This document shows, piece after piece, positions 50,289-61,351 of a stretch of DNA of 64,000 bases. A model generated the notes under the pieces. That model did no database searches, was not told the origin of the DNA, and saw nothing but the letters and a program-made list of their open reading frames with translations. A program made the position numbers and the translations under genes. This DNA is from Botryllus schlosseri (Eukaryota): NCBI GenBank assembly GCA_051294905.1, contig JBPPKV010000017.1:1798001-1862000 (forward strand), in the 5' to 3' direction. Each line of letters opens with the position of its first letter. Position 1 is the first letter of the stretch.

Positions 50289-53200
50289 CTGGACGACTTG
50301 GCCTCGGGCATTGACGTTGACTTGGCCATCGGCTGTGACTTCGCCTTCCCAGCAGGTCTTGTAGTTGTCTCACGTGAACTGTGATCTGTTGTTGAATTCG
50401 CAACTGATTTTGGTGTCAAATATTTCCAAGACTATCATAAGTCCGCGACACTTTGCAGGATGTCGCACATCGTACAGACATAGTAGTTATTGTGACGAAT
50501 AAAACAGCCATGCTGGCATTGTACCTTGTAGCCTGCGAACAACCTGTAGTTAGAGCAGCACCAAAGAAAAAGACATGGTTAACACATGTTCTCAACTACA
50601 TCAAGAAAAAAGACGAAGATTGCTTCAAATCTGTCGAAAGAAAATATATTAGGGAATGTAGTGGAAAGATATTTCACAGCAAAGCTTGAGAGCGTGGAAT
50701 TCTGCTCATCCAAAGGCTGCTGCTTGAGGACTCTCCCTCTTCATCTCCATCAAAAATAGAGAGAGAAAGCGCGAAAGAGAGAGAGAGAGAGTTTCATTAA
50801 ACGAGCTAAGTTTGGTGTACAGACGTTAATCATTCTAATGGTTGATTTGTTGAGCTGAACTTGAATTTTGCTGTTAATTTTTTCTCATTTGGAATTTCAT
50901 TCAAGATTTGCGCATTAACCAATTATAATCTAATCTGTAAAATAATGTGTAGCTGTAATTCTAATTCTGAAGTAATTTGGAAAAAACTAGGCAGCTCTAA
51001 TCCTTGTCACTAAGGGTGAATTCATCAACGAGAATCATACTTTTCCTTGAAACCTATTTTGAGGTTGGTTTCAATCAGGGCTTTGGAGCAGCCGTAAATT
51101 TAAACTGCTCCAGCTCCGGCTCCGGAGCTCTCTTTTATCATACATTAGCTCCGGCTCCAGCTCCGGAGCCGCATTATAACCACTGCTCCGGCTCTGAAAT
51201 TATCGAATGGTCCTGTCTATATCAGGGGTGGGCCGCAAATGTGACCCGCGAGAGGGTTTTGCGTGGCCCGCGAGGTAATATCCTATTATATTACGGAAAA
51301 TGAATTGCTCAGATTGTGAACTTGCAATGCCAACCAAAAATTGCAATTCTGGCTGCGACACTTGGGATGTTGATGACTAAAATATCAGTTCCGACGCATT
51401 GGCAGATCCAGGGTCCAGTCACATTTTCAGTAAATCGTCGTACATTACAATAAACTAAAATAGTAGCGAAATTTTTCTTCACGCTTCGCGTGTTTAATTG
51501 TCACACGATTTCTTGCTTGGTAGCCTACCCCTACTGAAAATGAAAAAACGCCAAATTTGCCCGATTGAATCTATTCGCAATTACGGAAGAAAGTCTTTTC
51601 GCGTTTGAGCTCGCATACAAATCGTCGACGGTGAAATGTAGGCACAAAATGAGTGTCGCATGTTATCGGAGACCTTCGATATCGATGTGTCCAGACGCCG
51701 AATAGTCGTGTCCTTGCAAACTGAGCCTAGCGGGTGGTATACAATAGACCCGCAATACTCACCTAGTTTATTTATAAACTTAGAAAATTTTACCCGCTTG
51801 GCGTGGCTAGTGAACCGCGCACTCGTTCGTCAATTGCATGTGCCCCTTTAGCAGAAGAGGTTGGCCATTCCTGGTCTATATAGATTACTAATCTACTAAT
51901 AGGTTAGTTATCTATAGTAATCTAGAGTCCATCAGCCGTCAGTAACATTCGATGCAGCAACAAATACATATAGGTGCAGCCGTGCCGGCTTGTGACTTCA
52001 TACTGAATACCTGTCAATTTTCGACAACATCATAGTTGCACTAGAACGCTATTTACTCCGTGCCATTGCTGTGCAAGTGTGCATAGCATTGAAATTCATG
52101 CCTGGTGTTCAATTACGATAAATCAGCAGATGTGGTTGTTGCATATATAATAGCATCTTATGAAATATGTCGGAGCCGGAGCTACTCCTCAAATAACGGG
52201 CTCCAGCTCCGGCTAAATTTTATGTAGAGCTCCGGCTCCAGTGAAAATGCACGGCTCCGGGGCTCCGGCTCCGGGCTCCGGCTCCAAAGCCCTGGTTTCA
52301 ATGCACTGGCCAGATTCGGGTTCATTCCAATATGAATATACTATTCAATTGTATATTGAAGTTCTGTACCTTCAAGAAGCTCTTGAGATTTTAATATGTG
52401 TTCTCAAAATAGGTGCAACACTAGCTATCGATTCAGTCAAGTTTGATTGGATTTTAGCGTTCGCGGCGCCAGCTATAGGACTACCAATAACGCTGATTTT
52501 GCCCGGCCCAGCAGTCGACCTCATTGTGTATGTTAGCTCGACGAGAGCTGCATATCTATCCTCAGGTTGGTAACCTATACTCCCATAGTTGAACTCACTT
52601 TTTGAAAGCGTTCGAGCCGCGGGTTTTGCTGCCGAGGGAAGAGAGTCCAATAAGGTTTGCAGACGTTTTGTTTTCTCTTCCTTGGACAGTACGGTCTCCT
52701 CACACCTGCTACTAACAAAAAATGACTTGTAGCGATACTCGAAAATAAATTCAGTTACTCTAAAAAATATATATCACAGCATATTTTGCAAGCATGTTTC
52801 ATACAGAGAAATAAAAGGGGCGTTTCAAGAATAGGATGTTATAAATTATATCAGATTTGTAACACTAAATATATGTACAAATGCCTCTACTGCAAGAATC
52901 ACACAATCTCGCACATAATAACAACACCATACATAACCCCGCCAATGTCGTAGCGGGAGACCTCATGATTTCGCATTCAAATAAGTATCGACCTCAACTT
53001 GATATCATACAATAGAAACAGTTTCAAGAATGGTAATGCAACCCGTCAGAATATGTTATACCCGACGCAATGCGATCAAGTTACAGCACAGAGATCTCTT
53101 TTTGCTGTTTGTTGATTACAGGTTAAAATCGACCCAACAAGAAACGTAAAGGAGAATAAACTTCTCACTAGTACACGGAACTGAAGATGGACGGTGCTGG

Positions 53201-53988
53201 ATGATGAAAACAATCATTCGAGTAATCGAATAAGAATCGAGTGATAATTCTAAAAATTCAAGCGGAGTAGAGATCGGACGATTTCTACGAGGGCGAATTT
53301 AGGCTCAAACTTCGGCAAATGGGGTCCCCGAGATGAAAAAAGGTTGGGAACCATTGGGTTTGAGTATATTTTGTACAGTAGTTTTATTTCTGTATTAAAA
53401 GCAGTGAATTTCATCAACACATACTGCTGACTGGAAATGTTTATAAAGGTCTTCGTACGATAGCCACAGGTTTTATGGTGGCATGATACATTTGTCTTCC
53501 TGCGTGGTGTCTATATCTTATCATTTTGACAAATTATGCTTAATCTCTATTCTGATTATTCTGATAGTTCTGCATGAGATTTTTCTTGTGCCAGGCATGA
53601 ATCGCTACAATAGGAAATCACATTTACAGGATGTGTGTGCAAAGTGAATATGCAAAGTCGTACAATTTCAACCGGGTCTGTTCCAAACTTTGCCATTGCT
53701 GGGGTAGATTTTATTTAGGCATCAAATATCGCCGATACGAACTCAATCAGTAATTTTTAAAAAACTCTTTCACCTGGGAAGAAATTTCTTTTTTAGTTGA
53801 CGCACGCCTCCTGGTAGTAGGTTACCCATGGAATACGAGTCGTGACTCGACGCATCACTGCAGGTGAAGGAAATCTTGTCACCTGAAAAAAAATACCCAT
53901 GTGCTAACCATCGGCCCAAGATCAGAGAAGAGAGAGCAACGTCAAGTCCTACACACCTTCCCCCTCGCTTTCCTTGGGTTCCTGGACC
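50289..53988 (-). CDS. Exon-cassette unit 5 (E, C, A; B and most of D deleted)
   Basis: E 53957-53988, C 52599-52705, A 50289-50403; lost exons D (2-2) and B (1-1) are symmetric, so E-C-A stays in frame. Confidence 0.65.
51076..52294. mobile_element. hAT-type MITE with (GCTCCG)n subterminal repeats
   Basis: TIRs CAGGGCTTTGGAGC / GCTCCAAAGCCCTG; exact 8-bp TSD GTTTCAAT. Confidence 0.9.
51223..51873. mobile_element. hAT-type MITE nested in 51076-52294
   Basis: Ends CAGGGGTGGGCC / GGCCATTCCTG; exact 8-bp TSD GTCTATAT. Confidence 0.85.
52317..52385 (+). mobile_element. 69-nt Penelope pLTR tail insertion
   Basis: Matches the pLTR tail at 39810-39875 (minus) and 40670-40700; flanked by AGATT duplication; absent from paralogous units. 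Confidence 0.75.
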
Positions 53989-54186
53989 CTGTTTGTAAAT
54001 AGGCAGGTTAAAATCGAACTAATAAAAATGTAAAGACGCCTCACTGGCACCCGAAACCACCAATGGACAGTGTTGGATGAAGACGCCAATGATATGAACA
54101 CTCGAGTCTGAATCGAAAAATTATTTTAATGATTCGAGTCAAGTATGACTAGATGATTACTTCAAGTACTCAAACTATATGCTCAT

Positions 54187-55803
54187 TAGGGTTGTCCAAA
54201 ATTTGGAAAATCTTACAAATCCTCCGTTGTAATGTCTTATTCTATAGATTATTGATAAAAAACGACATTAGGCCTAAAAGAAGCTCACAAGGAGGCCGTT
54301 AAGATTTCGTGCAAAGCGTTTGAAAGTAGCTGCTGAAGAATGGGCGTGCCACCGACCATAGAACGGCGAGAAGACTAGTAATCACGAAACCACGGCTCTT
54401 AATTGGCTAATCTGCTATGCTTCAATGACCACGACAGCAGCAGCTTGCTGATTAGGTGATCAAGGAGTCTGCTATCGGCGGCGATTCTGAAAGCGCATTG
54501 TATGTTGGTTGACAGATTATGATTTAGGATTGATTCAGGGTATGTTGAGGTACGAAATACATGATGAACAAACCAAATACATGATGAACAAACCACAGCT
54601 GCTTCACAAAAACGTCTAAAGCATGACCGCTTTACTGTGAAGGAAACCGCCGTAGCCTATATGCCTTGTTTTCAACGAGGGAAAGCATAGGTGCTTATGC
54701 AAGTGGCGATCGATTCCTGGTTTCAGAACGGATATATCATTATCGAATACAAATATAAAGCTTAACAACGACACTATAATTTGTGTGATCCTATTGGGCT
54801 CAGGTTGTAGTACATAGTTGAAGTTGTGAATGCTCTAGGGATCGGCTGAATCAGACGGTTAGGCCTGGCACTTAGCAGATGTTTACAGCAAATTGAATTC
54901 ACTTGTAAGCACACACATACTGTGCTTGATATGATATACAAACTATGCTGGATACTATGCAGTATGAAGTATTTTCTGTGCTTACCTTTACATTCCTTTT
55001 CTGCGCGTTTATTAAGGACTTTGCCACATCATTGACATATCATATCCAGCATAGTATGTGCTTACTATTACACCGCTTTCCTGGTTCATCATTAAGGACT
55101 TTGACAACAATTGCAAGTGAATACAATTTGATGTAAGCACCTGATAAGAACCAAGCATAACCCGCCGATTCTTAGAGCATTCAAAACTTCAACTATGTAC
55201 TACCACCTGAGCCCAATAAGATCACACCACTAAGAGTGTCGTTGTTAAGCTTTATATTTGTATTCAATAATGATATATCCTTTCTAAAACTAGGAATCCA
55301 TCGCCACTTGCATAAGCGCCTATGCTTTCCCTCGTTGAAAACAAGGCATATAGGCTGCGGCGGTTTCCTTCACAATAAAGCGGTCATGCTTTGGACGTTT
55401 TTGTGAAGCAGCTGTTGTTTGTTCTTCATGTATTTCTTACCTCAACATACCCTGAATCAATCCCAAACCATTATCTGCCAACCTACATGCAATGCGCTTT
55501 CACAATCGCCGCCGGTAGCAGACTTCTTGATCACCTAATCAACAAGCTGCTGCTCTCGTGGCCATTGAAGCATAGCCGATTGGCAAATCAAGAGCCGTGA
55601 TTTCGTGATTACTAGTCTTCACGCCGTTCTATGGTCGGTGGCACGCCCATTCTTAGGCAGCTACTTTCAAACGCTTTGCACGAAATCTTAACGGCCTTAC
55701 TGTGAGTTTCTTTTAGGCCCATTGTCGTTTTTTATCAATAATCTATAGAATAAGACATTACAACGGAGGATTTGTAAGATTTTCCAAATTTTGGACAACC
55801 CTA
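54187..55803. mobile_element. Foldback element with about 700-bp inverted arms and hAT-like ends
   Basis: TAGGGTTGTCCAAAATTTGG.. / ..CCAAATTTTGGACAACCCTA; arms about 54187-54910 and 55110-55803; exact 8-bp TSD ATGCTCAT; empty site at 38563-38575. Confidence 0.9.
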
Positions 55804-56708
55804 ATGCTCATTTACACCAAGAGTTAATTTGTCACAAGCCTTCTCAAGTTAAATTGGTCGTATTGAAGCATACAAAACTAACGTTGGTGGAGCAGAGATA
55901 TCAGTTAAGTCATGAATGATTCAGCATTTTTACAAAGTGTAATCGAACAGGCGATGAAACGATGAGCGGGCGGATGGCCGAAATTTCAAGAATATTTGGC
56001 GCACTAAATCTTCGTTTATTGGAGTCGGGGGCGGACCCGTCTTATTATTTTGTCCCGAGCAGGTCGCCTTGGACTATAATTTAAGTCGGTGTTACGGCAA
56101 AAAGACAAAGACAGACACTCGGCTAATGGAGGACGCGTTTCGGAAGCACTGCTACTTTCCATCAACAATAAAGTCTATTTCACCAGGCTGTAGACTGCTC
56201 CAGAGGCAGCGACCAAGACAATCTTTGTAGTATCTTCAATACATTTTTCATTATCCCAATAAAAAATTGTGTCAGAGGGTTGAAAAAGAGTTTAAAATTT
56301 ATCATTTGGACCATTGTTTTGAATTATGACTGCGAATAAATACTATATTTGATAATTAACCAACACTTCCTCGTTGTCAAATACCAACAGATCCGCAGGG
56401 CACCATGTATTAACAATGTAATTCACTGCTTTCCATTTAGAAATACAAAAAAAAACAGGATATAATTAAAATTTTTGACTCGGCTCACCAACTTATTTTC
56501 TGCGATCATTTGGCCCGCGGGGATAATAATCGCCAACTCCTACCATATTGAATGTCATATGACTTGGTCGGGTTAATACAAAACTTGAGTCAAGTCAAGT
56601 TACGTGATTTTCCCTGTATAACAAAATGACTCGAGTAAAGTCAAAGAAAAATTGCAACTCGAGTCATTAGAACCCAGGGCAAAACTTATTCACCGAGCAC
56701 AACCTCAC

Positions 56709-59700
56709 CTGGACGACTTGGTCTTTGGCGTCGACTTTGGCGTCAACTTGGTCTTTGGTGTCGACTTTGGTGTCGACTTCGACGTCAACTTGGTCTTTAG
56801 TGTCGACTTTGACGTTAACTTGAGCTTCGGCATCGTCTTTGACATCAACTTGGCCTTGGACGTCGACTTTGACGTCAACTTGGCCTTGGGCGTCGACTTT
56901 GAGGTCAACTTGGCCTTGGGCGTCAACTTTGACTTGGCCTTCCCAGCATGTCTTGTAGTTGACTCCCGTGAACTGTGATCTGTTGTGGAATTCGCAACTG
57001 AATTTTGGTGTCAAATATTTCCAATGCTATATGTCTGTGACACTTTGCAGGACGTCATACATCATACAGTCATAGTAGGTATTGAGACGAATAAAATACC
57101 CATGCAGGCACAGTATCTTGTGGCCTGTGAACAATTTCTAGGTATAATCACCAACAGAACAGCACTACAGAAGAAAAAGCCTTAGTTAACACAGGCCTTT
57201 TTACACATGCTCTCAACTACATCAAGTAAAAAGTGGAAGATTGCTTCAGATCTATCTAAAGAAAATATATTAGGGAATGAAGTGGAAAGACATTTCTCAG
57301 CAGAGCTTGAGAACACAGAATGTGATGTTTAGAGTTACTGGAGCTCAGCACGAGAACTCGCAAGTGTGCGCACAGCATCACCTCCATCGGAGAGAGTTTT
57401 CAGACATGGATGCAAGAGAACTGTACGGTGGGTTTAAGAGAGAGAGTATCATTAAACCAGCCAAGCTTGGCGTACAGAAGTTGATCATTATCATGCTTGA
57501 TTTGCTGTGAGCTGAACTTGAATTTTGCTGCTCATTCGGAATTTCAATCAATATATATGCGAATTAACTTATTCTAATCTAATTTGGAGAAAATTGTATA
57601 GCGCTAATTCTAATCTAATTTAGAAAAACTTTGTAGCTTCAATTCTAATTCTAATCTAATTCATAAATAAGTGTGCCATTTTAATTCCAATCTGATTTGG
57701 TAAAACTGCGTAGCTCTTATTCTAATAATAATCTAATTTGGAAAAAAATTTGTATTTTTAATTCTAAATGTAATTTGGAAAAAACGCATATCTCTAATTC
57801 TAATTGTAATTCTAATCCATTTCGTAAAGTTTAAGATTTTCTAGTTTTCCAAGTCTGGTCTCAGAAGCAATTTGGCTGTTGACCAGCGAAATCTTATACT
57901 GACCTTCAGATCCATGTTCAGGTGCCGAGGGTGGCTTTGGCGCAGGCCAGCTTCCACCAGGTGATGGCGAGACGGGCCTTTTTCCGCGTCTAGTACCTTG
58001 CCTGGAAGATCCCCTGCGTGGCAATCCTGGAATGCGGTCGCTGGAACCTGAATAAAGTATTGATTCTGATGATTCGGGTCGAGTACTGAAATTATACGAT
58101 CCTTGTCAATAAAGACTGGGTCACATTCTCGTGAAATCGTACCGCGTACGATTCTCACCATCTCACTAAATTGGCCAAAATGAGCGATTACGTAATCGCT
58201 GAACGAAAAGTGAGAATAAAGGTAGCGCTGTTTCGCATGTTGTCGCTGCCTAGCGTCAGCCGAGCCTCTCGCGACCTCTTATTGCGGGTATCAATTCTCG
58301 CAATTTAGCTCGTCGAGTCCACAATACGCTCGTACGAATCGCTCTCCCCGCATAAGGTCTGCGTAAGGTCCGCGTAAAAAACGAGAGAGAGGAGGCTTTT
58401 TACGCGCCAAGCAAACGAGAGAAAAGAAAGGAAAGAAACTAAAGAAATGCTTTACGCGCCCTACACGCCATACGATTTTACTTACAATGTGACTGATGCT
58501 TAAGAGTGAATTTATCAACGAGAATAATAGTTGTCCTAATAAAGTGAAATCCTTGAGACCACGATTGGCCGTAACACAGCTTACGATACACGTCGTACAA
58601 CTCCATGCAAGTAGCGGAAACGACACTTCTCTGAAGTTATGATCAACCCACTGAATTATCACCAAACTTGAACAAACTACCAGCACCAGTCTTTGCAACG
58701 ATCCTCAAGTTCAGATTTTGAGGTTGGTTCTAATAAACTGGCCAGATTTTCTCAATTATTTTTAAAGCAAGTACGACACTAGCTTGCGATTAAGTCAAGT
58801 TTGATTGAATTTTAGCGATCGAGTTGCCAGCTATAGGACGACCAGTAACGCCGATTTTGCCCGGCCCAGCAGTCGACCTCATTGTGTATGTTAGCTTGAC
58901 GACAGGAGCTGCATATCTATCCTTAGGTTGGTAATCGATACTCTTACAGTTGGACTCACTTTTTGAAAGCTGTTGAGCAGTGGGCTTTGCTGCCGACGAA
59001 AGAGAGTCCAATAAGGTCTGCAGACACTTCGTTTTCTCTTCCTTAGACCGTACGGTCTCCTCACACCTGCTACTAACAAAAAATGACTTGTAGCGATATT
59101 CGAAAATAAATTCAGTTACTCCAAAAAATATATATCACAGCCTATTTTGCAAGCATGTTTCATACAGAGAAATAAAAGGGGCGTTTCAAGAATAGGATGT
59201 TATAAATTATATCAGATTTGTAACACTAAATATATGTACAAATGCCTCTACTGCAAGAATCACACAATATCGCACATAATAACAACACCATACATAACCC
59301 CGCCAATGTCGTAGCAAGAGACCTTATGATTTCGCATTCAAATAAGCAGCAACCTCAATTTGATATCATACAACAGGACCAGTTTCACACGTGGCAATGC
59401 ATCCCGTCAGAATATGTCATACCCGACCTTTCAATCTTTTTATATTTCAGCCCGTAGCAGACCCAAAGAAGCCAGTTGTATTAATAAGATATAGGAAATA
59501 CTTGAAAGCTGGTTCGTGGTACTATAGATAACTAACCTACGGATAGATATCCAACACCCGTCGTCACGCTTGCTTGCCCGGAGGAAATTACTGCTCAGCA
59601 ATCTGAACGCAGCATAATTGCTGATCCCATACCTGACGACCCGCGCCTAAATTCAATAAAGTTGATCTTCTTTGAAAGCTACTGTCGCACTACTTCCGAA

Positions 59701-61351
59701 AATATACATTAAAATCAGACCAGGGCAATGAAACCCCCTTGAAATACACCTCAAAGTCTGAAAATCGGCATTGTTCTGAACAATCGCAGTGACGCATAAC
59801 AATGACCATAACAATGGTCCTTGCGTGGTTGCGATTGTTCAGAACAATGCATATTTTCAGACTTTTAGGTGTATTTCAAGGGGGTTTCATTGCCCTGATG
59901 AGATTTTAATGTATATTTTCGGAATCAGTGCGACGTTAGCTTTCAAATAAGACCAACTTTATTGCATTCAGGCGCGCGGGTCGTCAGCTATGGGATTAGC
60001 AATTATGCCGCGTTCAGATTGCTGAGCAGTAATTTCCTCCGGGCAAGCAAGCGTGACGACGGGTGTTGGGTATCTATCCGTAGGTTAGTTATCTATAGTG
60101 GTAAAGAACTTGATTATAGCTATCAATTCAAGATCCATTGTAAAAGTGTGCAGCTAACTCTTGAAAAGAGGCACCCGAAAATTCTTCGAGTTCAATGAAT
60201 ATTCTTTTGCAATGGATGTTGTATTGAAAGCCGTGATATAGGCCTAGCACCGCTATGGTAAGCAAAGATAACAGCAGAAAGAGAAACAAAGGTATAATTT
60301 GTTCTTGATTACCAAAAGTGAAGCAGCGCGATCAAGTTACAACACAAAGATCTTGCCATTTTTCGTTCAAACAAGAACATGATCTCGATTCCGTATCATA
60401 TCAAATTTCACAAATTAGAATGTTCAATGCGGAATCTGTTATGTATTCATAAAATTGACGATGAATTAGCTCGGTTGTTGGAATAACAACTGCCCACCTT
60501 GCTGATGTTCCGGTACTCGGTCCTGCCAAATCCTGCTGTTCTCTCACCGATGCGACAAAGGGACTGCGAGATCTCGTTTTGCTGTTTGTTGATTGAAGGT
60601 TAAAATCGAACCAACCAGAAACATAAAGGAAAATAAACTCCTCACAAGTACTTGAAAATGCCGATGGACAATGTTGGATGATGAAGACAATCATTGGAGT
60701 AATTGAATCAGAATCGAGAAAGAATTCTAAAGATTAAAGCCGAGTAGAGAGCGGATGATTTCTACGAGGGAAAATTTAGGCTCCAATCTTAGCCAATGGG
60801 TCCACAAGATAAAAAAAAGGGTTGATATCCGCTGGGTTAGAGTATATTTTACGAAATAAGAGTTTTATTTCTAAATTGAAAGCAGTGAATTACATTGCTA
60901 ACATATGCTGCTGACTGGAAATGTTTATATGAGGCTTGGTACGATAGCTACAGGTTCCATGGTGTCGTGATACAATTGTCTCTCTGCGTGGTGTTTATAT
61001 CTTATAATTTAGACAAATTAGGCTCACTCTTTACCAAGTACAACAATTTTATTCTAATATTTCTTAATGAGATTTTTCTCGTGCCAGGCAAATATCGCCG
61101 ATACAAACTCAAGCAGAATTTTTCAAAAACTCTTTCACCTGAGAAGAAATTTCTTTTTTAGTTGACGCACATTTCCTGGTAGTAGGTTACCCATAGAATA
61201 TGAGTCGACGGTCGACACCTCACTGCAGGTGGAGGAAATCTCATCACCTGAAAAAATACGCATGTGCTATCCATCCGCCGGAGATCATAGAAGGGAGAGC
61301 AACGACAAATCATACACACCTTCCCCCTGGCTTTCCTTGGATTCCCGGACC
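56709..61351 (-). CDS. Exon-cassette unit 6 (complete E-D-C-B-A, 656 nt spliced, open)
   Basis: E 61320-61351, D 60498-60581, C 58960-59066, B 57904-58047, A 56709-56997: GPGIQGKPGGSKTRSRSPFVASVREQQDLAGPSTGTSARCEETVRSKEEKTKCLQTLLDSLSSAAKPTAQQLSKSSSDRIPGLPRRGSSRQGTRRGKRPVSPSPGGSWPAPKPPSAPEHGSEVANSTTDHSSRESTTRHAGKAKSKLTPKAKLTSKSTPK...KSS; start codon not found. Confidence 0.75.
57560..57830. repeat. Degenerate CTAATTCTAATCTAATTTGG-AAAAACTGTGTAGCT array in the B-A intron (also 32150-32310, 36060-36240, 40700-40930, 44400-44610, 50920-51000)
   Basis: Repeated units of about 30-35 bp, copy number differing between cassette units. Confidence 0.8.
58113..58500. mobile_element. PIF/Harbinger-type MITE
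   Basis: Ends AGACTGGGTCACATT / AATGTGACTGATGCT; 3-bp TSD TAA; empty site CACTAAG(A/G)GTGAATTT in units 3, 4 and 5. Confidence 0.75.
59522..60098. mobile_element. Near-perfect foldback MITE (about 265-bp arms, short loop)
   Basis: CTATAGATAACTAACCTACGGATAG.. / ..CTATCCGTAGGTTAGTTATCTATAG; TGGTA on both flanks; related sequence near 23.0-23.25 kb and 51.9 kb. Confidence 0.85.

Noticed and set aside
58891-59079. Alternative frame of exon C reads GLRKRKRSVCRPYW, resembling a CENP-C motif
   Set aside because: Differences among the six copies are synonymous in the CEETV frame (AAG/AAA, CAG/CAA, TCT/TCC) and non-synonymous in this one, and the motif spacing is two residues short.
61320-61351. Exon E (GIQGKPG) as collagen-like
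   Set aside because: Only two Gly-X-Y triplets, and no continuation in neighbouring exons.
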